This document shows, piece by piece, positions 1 to 9,944 of a DNA stretch of 64,000 bases. Under the pieces are notes generated by a model. It saw only the letters and a program-made list of their open reading frames with translations, made no database searches and was not told where the DNA came from. Numbering within the stretch: the first letter of the stretch is position 1; each line of letters starts with the position of its first letter. Origin of the DNA: a virus. A program made the position numbers and the translations under genes. The stretch is taken from IMG/VR virus record IMGVR_UViG_3300022921_001386, one strand, 5' to 3'.

Positions 1-1233
1 CCAAACGAACTAGAAGCAATGCGTGTAGAAGTACTTGACCGCATTATTGTTGCACGAATAGGGTTGCTACTACATCATCCGTTCTTTGGTAACATGGCTA
101 CACGTTTACGTATTCAGGCAGCAGATGAATGGCTAGGTACTGCCGCTGTAGATGGCAGAAACTTATACTTTAATACGCAATTCTTTAATGCTATGAATAA
201 CAAAGAAATTGAGTTTGTTATTGCACATGAGATTTTGCATTGCGTATTTGATCACTTAGGACGGCGTGATGACCGTAATCCTATGTTGTATAACATTGCC
301 GCAGACTACATTGTAAACAATCTACTTGTACGTGATCGTATTGGTGTCAAGCCTAGTATCGTAGATTGTTATCAAGACTTTAAATATGAAGGTTGGACTA
401 GTGAAGAAGTCTATGACGAGCTGTTCGAAGAAGCTAAAAAGAACGGTGAAGAAGCACTCAAGCAACTTGGCGAAATGTTAGACGAACATTTGGATCTAGA
501 AGGTGACGGCACAGGCGATGGTGACGAAGAAGGCAACGGTGACGGCAAAGGGCGTCCGCGTTATAGCAAAGCAGAACTAGATCAAATTCGCGACGAAGTA
601 AAAGAAGCAATGATTAATGCTGCACAGACGGCAGGTGCGGGTAATGTTCCTGCAGGTGTTCGACGTATGATCAAAGATCTTACAGAGCCTAAGATGAACT
701 GGCGTGAGCTTATTCGTCAGCAAATCCAAAGTACTATCAAAAGCGACTTTACATTTAGCCGCCCTTCACGCAAAGGTTGGCACACTGGTGCAATACTTCC
801 AGGTATGGATTTCCAAGATACTATTGACCTGTGTATCTGCATTGACATGTCGGGTAGTATTGGTAATAGTCAGGCAGCTGACTTCTTAGGTGAAATACAA
901 GGCATTATGGATGAGTTCAAAGACTATAAGATCAAGTTATGGTGTTTTGATACTAAAGTTTATAACGAGCAAGACTTTAGTGCAGACAATGGTGAAAACC
1001 TATACGACTATGAAATCTTAGGTGGCGGCGGCACTGACTTTATGGTGAACTGGACTTACATGAAAGACAATGACATCCAGCCTAAGAAGTTTATTATGTT
1101 CACAGATGGATATGCTTGGGATAGCTGGGGTGATGAAGATTATTGTGAGACAGTATTTGTTATTCACTCACACCATGATAAAAACTTACAAGCGCCGTTT
1201 GGTGTTACAGCACATTATGAGGAGGCGGCTTGA
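1..1233 (+). CDS. Putative metallopeptidase with C-terminal vWA domain (DUF2201-like, usual partner of a MoxR AAA+ ATPase); probably 5'-truncated by the window
   Basis: HEILH zincin motif, acidic linker, MIDAS motif DMSGS, GGGGTDF and FTDG; frame is open from base 1 to the ATG at 19. Confidence 0.85.
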   Translation, partial: PNELEAMRVEVLDRIIVARIGLLLHHPFFGNMATRLRIQAADEWLGTAAVDGRNLYFNTQFFNAMNNKEIEFVIAHEILHCVFDHLGRRDDRNPMLYNIAADYIVNNLLVRDRIGVKPSIVDCYQDFKYEGWTSEEVYDELFEEAKKNGEEALKQLGEMLDEHLDLEGDGTGDGDEEGNGDGKGRPRYSKAELDQIRDEVKEAMINAAQTAGAGNVPAGVRRMIKDLTEPKMNWRELIRQQIQSTIKSDFTFSRPSRKGWHTGAILPGMDFQDTIDLCICIDMSGSIGNSQAADFLGEIQGIMDEFKDYKIKLWCFDTKVYNEQDFSADNGENLYDYEILGGGGTDFMVNWTYMKDNDIQPKKFIMFTDGYAWDSWGDEDYCETVFVIHSHHDKNLQAPFGVTAHYEEAA

Positions 1234-1508
1234 AACTAAAAGACCCTAATCCTCTCGATGTATTAGATATAAGGAGGGTAGATTTTTGCCCTCCTCATTT
1301 TACTACAATAAGTATTCCACGTAGATATAACTTGGATCAAGTAATATGTGACTGGATTACTGAAAATCTATCCGGAAGATACTTTTTTGGTAACTCTATT
1401 CAGTTAGATGAAGTAAACAATCTTGTACAGCAACATTATATTGGATTTGAAAGTTCAAAAGAACTTAGCTTCTTTATGCTGGCTTGTCCACATTTGAAGT
1501 ACAACTAA
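1230..1508 (+). CDS. Hypothetical phage protein
   Basis: 92-aa ORF, TTG start overlapping upstream stop, GGAGG RBS. Confidence 0.7.
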   Translation: MKLKDPNPLDVLDIRRVDFCPPHFTTISIPRRYNLDQVICDWITENLSGRYFFGNSIQLDEVNNLVQQHYIGFESSKELSFFMLACPHLKYN

Positions 1509-1517
1509 AACACTGGT

Positions 1518-1525
1518 TATAAATA
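1518..1525 (+). promoter_or_regulatory. T4-late-like promoter TATAAATA
   Basis: Exact TATAAATA in intergenic gap, followed by AGGAG RBS and ATG at 1546. Confidence 0.65.
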
Positions 1526-1545
1526 AATTATACAAGGAGTAAAAT

Positions 1546-1785
1546 ATGACCGAAAATACACAAGCAAATGAATTAAATATTCAAGATTTAGCATTAGCAA
1601 GAGCTGTTATCGAACTTGCAACAGAACGTGGTACATTTAAGGCTAATGAGTTGGCTAATGTAGGTGCGTTATATAATAAACTAGATGCTTTCTTAAAAGA
1701 AGTAGAAGCACAAGCCAAAGCAGCAAAAGAAGGTGCTGAAGCAGCAATGACAGAAACTCCACAGGAGAATGAAGATGGCGCTTAA
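1546..1785 (+). CDS. Hypothetical small helical protein
   Basis: 79-aa ORF with AGGAG RBS. Confidence 0.75.
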   Translation: MTENTQANELNIQDLALARAVIELATERGTFKANELANVGALYNKLDAFLKEVEAQAKAAKEGAEAAMTETPQENEDGA

Positions 1786-2416
1786 ACATGTAGGCAGAGT
1801 TGCTGCCAATAGACGTAAAGTAGTTGTAGCATATCGAGTTATTCCAGGCGATCCTGATAACTGCTTGGTTGTACAAACAGAAAATCTTAGTGCAGACGAA
1901 CATGACAGTTTGATTAGAGTTGTTGAATCTGCTGCCGGTCAAGAAGCATACGAGTTTGCAGAAGCAATGGCTCGTGCATATTTGCCAGATGGACGTAATA
2001 TGTTGGCAGGATTTCAACAAACAGGCAAGTTGAGAAAAGTTCCAACCCAAGCTATTGAAATGACGCCAAATGGTAACACCAACATTGCTCTTAATGTACT
2101 AAACAGTACTATTGCGGAACAAAAAGGTGTTACAGTAAACGACTTGGCACTTAAAGGCCCAGGTGGTCAAACTGCTCCACAGCCAAGTAATCAATCAGAG
2201 CCAGCTGTTGATCCTACCGCAGTTTATACTAACGAAACTACAGTCTCTACAGACGGTGTACTTGATGATAACGCACTTGCGGCGCAATACAGATCACAAG
2301 CAGATGCTTTGTATAAAGAAGCAAAAGCACTCCGAGCACAAGCTGAAGAATTAGTACCAACCATCAAGAAGAAAGCAAAGGTGACAGAAAAGAAAACTGA
2401 AACCAGTGACGGATAA
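1775..2416 (+). CDS. Hypothetical phage protein with C-terminal coiled coil
   Basis: AGGAG at 1763-1767 favours the ATG at 1775 over 1769. Confidence 0.75.
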   Translation: MALKHVGRVAANRRKVVVAYRVIPGDPDNCLVVQTENLSADEHDSLIRVVESAAGQEAYEFAEAMARAYLPDGRNMLAGFQQTGKLRKVPTQAIEMTPNGNTNIALNVLNSTIAEQKGVTVNDLALKGPGGQTAPQPSNQSEPAVDPTAVYTNETTVSTDGVLDDNALAAQYRSQADALYKEAKALRAQAEELVPTIKKKAKVTEKKTETSDG

Positions 2417-2699
2417 AAACAAAGACGAGTATTGGGAAGAAATACTAAATGATATTGATATGGATTATATTCCATTAGAATATATCAATACTGTCATTGT
2501 TGGGTTTATTGATGGGAAAGAATGGGAAATTGATATCAAAAAAACCAAACAATCTACCGACGATGTTGATTCTATACTAGAAGAGTTTTTTAAAGAATAT
2601 GATGAAACAATCGATAAGGTTGATTTTAGATTAGATACTGAACGTTTAAAAAAAGACATTCAAAAAAGAACAACACGGTTTCTTAAAGTAAACAAATGA
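2406..2699 (+). CDS. Hypothetical acidic protein
   Basis: 97-aa ORF overlapping both neighbours. Confidence 0.7.
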   Translation: MTDKNKDEYWEEILNDIDMDYIPLEYINTVIVGFIDGKEWEIDIKKTKQSTDDVDSILEEFFKEYDETIDKVDFRLDTERLKKDIQKRTTRFLKVNK

Positions 2700-3250
2700 T
2701 AACTAAAATTGATTTAGATATCGATTATAACAAAATTATCGATACGTATAACAGTTTAAATATAGACCATTTACTCCAAAGTAACTTGAAACAAGTTGCT
2801 TTACAATGTAGAAAAGGCTGTCCATCAGACATACAATTGTATGAAAGTTGTGGCAGTCTTTTTTATGACTGGGTAGAATATGATAAAAATCCTAATGGAA
2901 AACTGCCATTAAGAAAAAAAATATACAAACAAGAAGACTTTACAGAGTTATGCAATATCTATAAAAACACCTATTTTAAAACTGTTGTAGAAAAAATTAA
3001 TCAACAATACAATATTACAAGAGGCAGGTTTATGCTAATGGAACATAAGACTTGTTTAACTTATCACACAGATCAATCTCCAAGAATACATATTCCGATC
3101 TATACAAACGAAAACTGTATGATGATCATTAACGATCAAGTTGTAAGACTTCCATTTGGCAATACATATCTTGTAAATACCAGATTGCAACATACTGCAA
3201 TAAATGCAAGTAAATATGCTCGTGTACATTTAGTTTTTTGTATTTCTTAA
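2696..3250 (+). CDS. Aspartyl/asparaginyl beta-hydroxylase-like 2OG-Fe(II) dioxygenase
   Basis: HTD ... RIHIPI.TN ... HTAIN ... RVHLV (HxD/H facial triad plus Arg). Confidence 0.8.
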   Translation: MITKIDLDIDYNKIIDTYNSLNIDHLLQSNLKQVALQCRKGCPSDIQLYESCGSLFYDWVEYDKNPNGKLPLRKKIYKQEDFTELCNIYKNTYFKTVVEKINQQYNITRGRFMLMEHKTCLTYHTDQSPRIHIPIYTNENCMMIINDQVVRLPFGNTYLVNTRLQHTAINASKYARVHLVFCIS

Positions 3251-3256
3251 GAAATA
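3241..3256. repeat. Perfect 16-bp palindrome TATTTCTTAAGAAATA
   Basis: Self-complementary; spans the hydroxylase stop codon just upstream of a late-promoter motif. Confidence 0.6.
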
Positions 3257-3272
3257 GTTTCTGTACAGATAT

Positions 3273-3280
3273 GATAAATA
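3273..3280 (+). promoter_or_regulatory. Late-promoter-like GATAAATA
   Basis: Precedes AGGAG and tail-fibre ATG at 3309; motif recurs before other structural genes. Confidence 0.65.
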
Positions 3281-3308
3281 TATAAAACAGTACCTAGGAG
3301 ACTTTAAC

Positions 3309-4991
3309 ATGGCTTTAAAGCTAAGACGCGGAACAGAAGCAAACAGGACAAGTATTACGCCGGCAGAGGGCGAAATAATATATGTTACTGATACTAAAAA
3401 ACTATACGTTGGCGATGGAATTACACCCGGAGGTGTACTACAAGGTGGTAGTGGCGGAAGTTTAACTGGTATTACCGATAATGCTACAGCATCGGTGTTA
3501 ACACTCGGTGACGCAAACATTAGTATTGATGTTGATTTAAGTATTACTGGACAAGAAATTGTCGGTGATGGTGATATTAATATATCAGGAGATATTACGG
3601 CAAGCGGTGCAGGTACTGGCATAATAACCGCTAATAGTTTCATAGGTGATGTAACAGGTAATGTAACAGGTAATGTTGTTGGAACTGTAACAGGTACATT
3701 TGATGGTGATATGACTGGTAGTGTGTTCGGCGACGATAGCACATTACTAGTAGACGGTGTTAATAGTAGCATAAATGTAGAAAGATATAAAAGTACATCT
3801 AACGACTACAATTTTGGAAATGATAATAACGCTGTGTCATCTAGAATTGTAGTAAACTCAGTTAACAACCTCGGCGCTTTACAACTTCAAAGAGAAAGTG
3901 AATTAGATTTAACTGGAGATACTGCAATAAACTACGGTATGATACGATTTTCGAGAAATGATTCCAATGGATTATTGGAAACAGGGATAATCGTAGGTAG
4001 AGAAAATGCCTTGTTATTTTCATCATCATCAACTGGTTCTTTTGTAGATCCTACTGACTATTTTGCATTTAAGGAAAAAAAGTTTGGTATTGGTACAATT
4101 ACTCCAACTGAATCATTAGATGTAGTCGGTAATGCTAAAGCATCAGGCTTTATACAAACAGGATCATTTACAACGGAAGAACGTGACGCACTCACAGGTG
4201 CCGAAGGTATGATGATCTATAACACTACAACCAGTAGATATCAAATATTTGAAGCTGGCAACTGGTTAAACATGCGTGAAGTATCTAGTGGTGGCGGCGG
4301 CAGTACTGACAACTATTCACACTGGAATATCACAGCAGACGATAGTACATTAAGAGTTGTTAACGGTCAAGAAACTATTGGCATACTAGGCGGAACTAAT
4401 ATTACTACAACAAGTGATGCAGAAGGTAATATAACTATTACCAATACAGTAGTAGATTTTACTGATTTAGGTGTAACTCCAACAACACTAGCAGGATACG
4501 GCATTACAGATGCTATACAAGCAGGATCTGCATTTGATATAAAAGGTAGTGTGTTTGCTGACGATAGTAGTACTATGATAGACGGAGCGGCTGGAAAGAT
4601 TATCGGTCCTATCGAAACAACTAACGCAGTTATTTCAGGAACAATAGATAGCGCAGACTCAAGTGCAATCACATTTATTCCTGCTGTTGTTATGAACAGC
4701 GATGTTACTATAGAAAACAATCTTATAGTTACAAACAAGATTATTGCAGATACAATCGAAGTTGAAAATATTATTACCAATGCCAGCGGAACACCAGAGA
4801 TATCAAGTGACACTGATATTATTCTTGCAGCAGGAACAAGAGTTGAGGTATCGAGTAGTCCGTTTAAACTAGCAAGTTTTACTACTGTAGAACGTGATGC
4901 ACTAGCTGCCGAAAACGGCGATATGATTTACAATACAACTGACAACAAATTCCAAGGATATGAGAACGGTGCTTGGGCTAACTTAATCTAA
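3309..4991 (+). CDS. Tail fibre-like structural protein with Mtd_N/hyaluronidase-type N-terminus
   Basis: LRRGT...PAEGE.IYVTDTKKLYVGDG N-terminus; GDVTGNVTGNV repeats; two GSVF(G/A)DDS motifs; PTTLAGYGITDA fibre repeat; duplicated SFTT.ERDAL...G.MIYNTT module. Confidence 0.8.
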   Translation: MALKLRRGTEANRTSITPAEGEIIYVTDTKKLYVGDGITPGGVLQGGSGGSLTGITDNATASVLTLGDANISIDVDLSITGQEIVGDGDINISGDITASGAGTGIITANSFIGDVTGNVTGNVVGTVTGTFDGDMTGSVFGDDSTLLVDGVNSSINVERYKSTSNDYNFGNDNNAVSSRIVVNSVNNLGALQLQRESELDLTGDTAINYGMIRFSRNDSNGLLETGIIVGRENALLFSSSSTGSFVDPTDYFAFKEKKFGIGTITPTESLDVVGNAKASGFIQTGSFTTEERDALTGAEGMMIYNTTTSRYQIFEAGNWLNMREVSSGGGGSTDNYSHWNITADDSTLRVVNGQETIGILGGTNITTTSDAEGNITITNTVVDFTDLGVTPTTLAGYGITDAIQAGSAFDIKGSVFADDSSTMIDGAAGKIIGPIETTNAVISGTIDSADSSAITFIPAVVMNSDVTIENNLIVTNKIIADTIEVENIITNASGTPEISSDTDIILAAGTRVEVSSSPFKLASFTTVERDALAAENGDMIYNTTDNKFQGYENGAWANLI

Positions 4992-5002
4992 GGGCTAGAA
5001 AT

Positions 5003-8000
5003 ATGAGTGAACAATATTATTCGTTAGGAACGAATACAGCAGAACAATATATCGAAATACACAATCAACTTTGCGAAGCAACTAATGGGATTGCAAATAT
5101 TCCAGATAGAGTATGCACATGCACAGATGAAAAAGAACATAGTCTTACAAGAGGAAGTTTTTCCTTAACAGATGCAGAAGCAACTGCACTAAAAGCAGAT
5201 CCACGTATAAAGTTTATCAATATCGATTACTCGAAATATCCTGAAACATATAAGGCGCCGCCGGACGAACTTTATGCAAGTGCTCCAAAAAACTTTAATA
5301 GATACAAAAATACAGTTAAAGTTTACAAAGAAATGGAAACTTCAAACACATTGCCCGGCACACCTGATTCAACAGATATCAATAGAACCAACTGGGGAAC
5401 ATTAAGAGGTAGCACACTAGTCGATCCTTGGATAGAAGGCGGTGACGCAGATAACGTTGTAAAAACAAGTAAAATACCTCAATGGGGAGACGGCAAGCAT
5501 GTTGATGTCATTGTAGCTGATGATGGCGCTGGATGGATCGGTCACCCTGAGTTCAATAGGGACACAGAAGGCGAAAAACCAAATGGATACATAGGTGGTA
5601 ATCTACTACCAGGTAACGGAAGTTGCGATGTACTAGATTTATGTTTAGATGCACCTTATTATTTAGATCCAGATTATTTTAATGCAGATCCAGATAATAG
5701 ACTTATAACACGTTGGGATGGTACTATTGTACCTGTAGAAAGTTTTGCAAGAGGTTGGTGGACAAGCACAGGCAATAGAAGTAGTGTATTCAATGCAAAG
5801 TTTCCTAGTGCAGGTATCGTATCGTTTATTACAAGCGGATACACAAGAGCATATTGCAACGGCACAAATACAATACCAAGCACTGTAGGACAGCACTGTA
5901 CGCCCTGTATGGCGCTTACATACGGTAGAACACAGGGCTGGGCATACAACGCTAACAAATGGGCACTTAACTTATATGGCACTAATAGTACTGACATCGA
6001 ACCAGGCTTTGATTTACAAAAAATATTCCACAATACAAAACCAGTAAATCCTGCATACGGCACACAAGACCCTACTGTAAGTTCAAACAGTTGGGGATAT
6101 CGTGCAAGCAAAGGTTCAAACCCAGGATGGTATCATTTTAGAGAAGATGCTCCTGTAACATATGCAGGAACAGGTGCAGAACCTACATTTATCTCACATA
6201 TGGGATCACAAGGAGATGGCGGTCGCTGGAAAAGTGAAATGAAAACCAACTCACTTACAACTGCATTAGACGAACTTATCGACAGCGGAGTAATATTTGT
6301 GTGTGCTGCTGGCAACAGTAACCAAAAACAAACCAACTGGGGGCATCCTGATTTTAACAACTATATCAGTGCCAACAGCGATGACACTATCGAAGAAAGC
6401 AGTTATTTTGAATTTAGCGTAGAAACCACTGGTACAACTAATAGACGTGGATTTCCGCAACAAGGTGGCAAACATGATTTAAGTGACGGTCTCGGTAGCG
6501 ATTTCTTTAAGCGTGAACTTACAGTTAATGGTGTACGTATTGTAGGAGCCGGTAGCGTTGGCGGGCAGGTAGCAGTGCCAGATGCATGGTTAGAAAAAGT
6601 TGGACGTATGTTTGAACTTTTCTTAGACAAAAATGCCGCAGGTATTAATGAAGCTGCACAAAGAACTGTTATTAAAACACTCAGTGGTGACGCAGGAACT
6701 TATCATGCAGCCCAAGGACCAACACTACAACGAGTAGCAAGAGGCGCCGGTGGAGACTATAGCACAAACTTCTTAACAGATGATGGTATTACTTTTTGGA
6801 ATCTATCACCACTATTTGATAGCCATGTAGCAAACGATATGGTTTGGTATTTGAATTCAACCGGCGATGGTTACGGAGACGGTGACAACGATGCACAAGA
6901 AGTTATTGAACACGTATTCCATACACTTCATATGCATGGCTTAGATGCTGTGTCATTAAAGTTGTATTCTTATATTAGTGCAGACTGGGCAAGTGGTCCA
7001 CTGTATGCGGCTATGGAAGAAGCATACGATGCAGGCATGTGGGATAGTTCGGGATACGGCGGAGACACTTGGAAGACTGATGGGGATGCATTTGAAGTAG
7101 CCGCAAAAGAATATTTGTTCCTACTGAACTTTGCAATGTTTGAATACACAGAATTATGGACCGGCGGAAGTCTTGCTCCTGAATGGAGTGATTTAATGCG
7201 TACTCAAGCAGGCATTCTAGCAAACAATCCGCTAGGATACGCACTACACAACACATACATTGCTCCAGTTATTAGCAAACCATCACTTGCTACTATTAGA
7301 AGCATATTCCAAGATGGAAACACACCAGCACAAGACGATCCAAGTCTGGCAGGTGTATCAGGATATGTTGTAAGTAACGGAAGTACGCAGGACCCTGAAT
7401 ACAACAACGGACCGCTTATTAGCAATGGTGAAGTTACATATAAAACAATCAACATTGGTGCATTGGATGATGATCATGCTGTTGGTGCAAAAGAACGCAA
7501 AGTTGGATATAGCGACAGAGGCAATGGTATAGACTTGTATGCCCCTGCAGATGGAATATTATCAGCAAATAAAAGCTATACTCCAGAAGGCAGGTACCCT
7601 GCTGTATATTCTGGATTTACTGCCAACAGCGGTAGTGGTTCAGGAGTACCCGAGGATACAGGATTTAGTGGTACAAGTGCAGCGTGTCCATGTGCAGCTG
7701 GATTTATTTCTACCTTAGTGCAGTTTAATAGAAACTGGACATATGCAGATATTAAAACATATCTTTCAAACATGCCAGGACAAACAACTGATAACTTTTA
7801 TTATGGATCTGAATCAACAACTGCAACCGAGGCTAACTGGACTGACTATCCTAGTATAGAAACTGACGAAGCACCAAAGGTTATATACCAAGATGCAACA
7901 CAGTTTACTCAAACAGTATTTCCAAAGCGTAAAAGTAAAATAAAATCTGGCTTGCGTACTAGCGGTATACAAATAAACTATATCCAAAAGTGGGATAGAG

Positions 8001-8005
8001 GTTGA
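5003..8005 (+). CDS. Subtilisin-family (S8) serine protease with inserted zincin-like domain
   Basis: VIVADDG (Asp), GQHCTPC (His), AAGN (oxyanion Asn), FSGTSAACP (Ser), GYSDRG..IDLYAP; N-terminal propeptide-like region. Confidence 0.85.
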   Translation: MSEQYYSLGTNTAEQYIEIHNQLCEATNGIANIPDRVCTCTDEKEHSLTRGSFSLTDAEATALKADPRIKFINIDYSKYPETYKAPPDELYASAPKNFNRYKNTVKVYKEMETSNTLPGTPDSTDINRTNWGTLRGSTLVDPWIEGGDADNVVKTSKIPQWGDGKHVDVIVADDGAGWIGHPEFNRDTEGEKPNGYIGGNLLPGNGSCDVLDLCLDAPYYLDPDYFNADPDNRLITRWDGTIVPVESFARGWWTSTGNRSSVFNAKFPSAGIVSFITSGYTRAYCNGTNTIPSTVGQHCTPCMALTYGRTQGWAYNANKWALNLYGTNSTDIEPGFDLQKIFHNTKPVNPAYGTQDPTVSSNSWGYRASKGSNPGWYHFREDAPVTYAGTGAEPTFISHMGSQGDGGRWKSEMKTNSLTTALDELIDSGVIFVCAAGNSNQKQTNWGHPDFNNYISANSDDTIEESSYFEFSVETTGTTNRRGFPQQGGKHDLSDGLGSDFFKRELTVNGVRIVGAGSVGGQVAVPDAWLEKVGRMFELFLDKNAAGINEAAQRTVIKTLSGDAGTYHAAQGPTLQRVARGAGGDYSTNFLTDDGITFWNLSPLFDSHVANDMVWYLNSTGDGYGDGDNDAQEVIEHVFHTLHMHGLDAVSLKLYSYISADWASGPLYAAMEEAYDAGMWDSSGYGGDTWKTDGDAFEVAAKEYLFLLNFAMFEYTELWTGGSLAPEWSDLMRTQAGILANNPLGYALHNTYIAPVISKPSLATIRSIFQDGNTPAQDDPSLAGVSGYVVSNGSTQDPEYNNGPLISNGEVTYKTINIGALDDDHAVGAKERKVGYSDRGNGIDLYAPADGILSANKSYTPEGRYPAVYSGFTANSGSGSGVPEDTGFSGTSAACPCAAGFISTLVQFNRNWTYADIKTYLSNMPGQTTDNFYYGSESTTATEANWTDYPSIETDEAPKVIYQDATQFTQTVFPKRKSKIKSGLRTSGIQINYIQKWDRG

Positions 8006-8021
8006 CACCGTTTCTATCCCA
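7991..8021. terminator. Hairpin between convergent genes, candidate bidirectional terminator
   Basis: TGGGATAGA (7991-7999) pairs with TCTATCCCA (8013-8021); inner GGT/ACC stem. Confidence 0.55.
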
Positions 8022-8029
8022 TAAATTGG

Positions 8030-8290
8030 TTATTTCTTAGCTTCTTTTTCAGCTTCAATCACTGCTTGTAATTCCTTGAACAACTCTTCAGCCATTGACA
8101 CTTGACGTAATGCAAATTTATGCGGCAACGCTGGGAAAATGAATGGAAAGAATGCATGTATAAAACCAGTTAATGGAATTAGTAATGAGTGTGATGACAA
8201 CTTAATAGCATACCACATATGCAAAAAATATCCAGACCTTACGTCTTTAAGATGCTCAAAATTTATAATGCTATTTTTAAAAAGGCTCAT
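8030..8290 (-). CDS. Small DUF6356-like protein
   Basis: HL...GYF.H....IHAFFPF pattern; paralog of next ORF. Confidence 0.65.
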   Translation of the reverse strand: MSLFKNSIINFEHLKDVRSGYFLHMWYAIKLSSHSLLIPLTGFIHAFFPFIFPALPHKFALRQVSMAEELFKELQAVIEAEKEAKK

Positions 8291-8496
8291 TTATGATGCT
8301 CAAATGTTGTGTCTACTAAACTTGCCAATTTCTTTGCTGCATTCATAGATGATGCTTCAAGCACAAATGGAAAGATAGCATGTATTGTACTTGTTATAAA
8401 TACTGCCAATGACCAAAATACCATGTGTGATCCAATTTTAAGATGTCCAAAATATCCAGTGTCAGCCTTTTCGCAGTGTGCAGTTAATGTAGTCAT
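8287..8496 (-). CDS. Small DUF6356-like protein
   Basis: HC...GYFGH....IHAIFPF pattern; AAGGAG RBS. Confidence 0.65.
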   Translation of the reverse strand: MTTLTAHCEKADTGYFGHLKIGSHMVFWSLAVFITSTIHAIFPFVLEASSMNAAKKLASLVDTTFEHHK

Positions 8497-8525
8497 ATCG
8501 TTCTCCTTATGTTACAATATATCAT

Positions 8526-8533
8526 TATTTATA
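8526..8533 (-). promoter_or_regulatory. T4-late-like promoter TATAAATA between 9-bp inverted repeats
   Basis: TATTTATA on + strand; TATGTTACA (8508-8516) and TGTAACATA (8541-8549) flank it. Confidence 0.55.
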
Positions 8534-8566
8534 TTTTTTGTGTAACATATTAAATAGATTTGATTA

Positions 8567-9265
8567 TTATTCAAATCCCCATTTTTTTTCTCGACACCAC
8601 CAACATAATCCACATTCCCTTTTTTCATAAGTAGCAGTAGGATCTACGCACGATTTTGTTAACTTATATAATGATTCCATTAAGTTTTCTTGTTTATAAA
8701 TCTTTGCTATGTCGCGCTTGTTTGTGTTTATCCACGGTTTATACAGAACATTTCCATATATAGTTTTGGATAGTCTTGGCTCAATACAAACATTTCTATA
8801 TTGATCTGCGCCGTTTTCTAACCCGTGCAGGTTCATTTCTTCATTTGGTGGGTTAGCTGTTACTGCATTAACAAATGTTAATATATTATTTTGTTCTCTA
8901 ACTTTCTTAAGAGCCGCCATTAGCTGAAAATATTTTGATAATCCTTCTATTGACGAAAAAGTAAAGTTATCAAATTGATCCTTAGCTTTTTTAAACCAAA
9001 AAGTATCATTAGTGTCAAATCTATATGTTTCGTGCTTTCCTATGTTAGCATCAGGAAATCTTTTACGCATAAATTTTAAAATATCATAAGCACAAAGTAT
9101 GTCTGCAGGATTACATGCATCATCACCTGAAAACGGAACAATATAAGTTTTTGGAAAGTGTTTGCAAATTAAATAAAATAATATTGCAGAATCTAATCCG
9201 CCTGATAACATTAATATAACTTGCTTAGGTGGTCCATCTGGAAAATCATCTTTTGTAAAAATCAT
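8567..9265 (-). CDS. QueC-like PP-loop ATP pyrophosphatase (copy 1)
   Basis: LSGGLDS PP-loop; TKSC...CGLCWWC Zn site. Confidence 0.8.
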   Translation of the reverse strand: MIFTKDDFPDGPPKQVILMLSGGLDSAILFYLICKHFPKTYIVPFSGDDACNPADILCAYDILKFMRKRFPDANIGKHETYRFDTNDTFWFKKAKDQFDNFTFSSIEGLSKYFQLMAALKKVREQNNILTFVNAVTANPPNEEMNLHGLENGADQYRNVCIEPRLSKTIYGNVLYKPWINTNKRDIAKIYKQENLMESLYKLTKSCVDPTATYEKRECGLCWWCREKKWGFE

Positions 9266-9266
9266 T

Positions 9267-9944
9267 TTAATATCCTATTAAAGATGGTACAATAATATTT
9301 CTATCTAACACTGTAATTTTCATCCAGTTAAATCCGTCTGTTAGTCCATCTTCTATAGATAACTGAAATCTAGAATATTTTTTTATAGACTTTTTAAGTT
9401 CGACCGTATCAAATACAGACCATAGCATGTTATCGTTATTTGTAATATACGAAACTTTATTGCTGCGTATTTTTTTCATTTGTTTTTCTGAAACATCTAT
9501 TGTTCTGTGCGTATTATGAAGTATATCAAATATTTTTTGATTAGATGGATCGATATATGTAAAATATACATATGTAGATATGGTACATAGGTTTTCTACA
9601 CAATAAAGTAGTTCTTCTAAGTTATGATGAGTAAATACACTGTTAGCAAACGAAATATCAAATATTCCAATATTTGGAAATGTTTCTGTTTTACTACCAG
9701 CAGGATTATATATAGAATGGTATCTGTTCCAATAAACTACATTTGCAGCCGGGTGTTCATTTAAAAGAGCATTCAATGAATCCTTACTTACGTCCATACA
9801 AGTATAGTTTTTTTCATGGATTTTGCCGTTGCTATAACTAATTAGATTACCTCGGTTTCCTCCAAAGTCTAATATTTTTTTATTTTTGTAATCAGTTACA
9901 AACTGATCAAATATATTAAACACATTAAGTTTTTTAAATATCAT
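9267..9944 (-). CDS. Class I SAM-dependent methyltransferase
   Basis: ILDFGGNRG motif I, CMDVS motif II, FD...ANSVFTH. Confidence 0.8.
   Translation of the reverse strand: MIFKKLNVFNIFDQFVTDYKNKKILDFGGNRGNLISYSNGKIHEKNYTCMDVSKDSLNALLNEHPAANVVYWNRYHSIYNPAGSKTETFPNIGIFDISFANSVFTHHNLEELLYCVENLCTISTYVYFTYIDPSNQKIFDILHNTHRTIDVSEKQMKKIRSNKVSYITNNDNMLWSVFDTVELKKSIKKYSRFQLSIEDGLTDGFNWMKITVLDRNIIVPSLIGY

Noticed and set aside
1-1233. vWA-metallopeptidase as part of the modification cluster
   Set aside because: Common MoxR-associated phage gene in a separate transcription unit; partner would lie outside the window
3309-3430. Mtd_N-like domain suggesting a diversity-generating retroelement
   Set aside because: No reverse transcriptase or TR/VR repeat pair seen; the domain is a common fibre anchor
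6473-7425. Protease insert as an intein
   Set aside because: No C/S start with His-Asn end and no LAGLIDADG motifs
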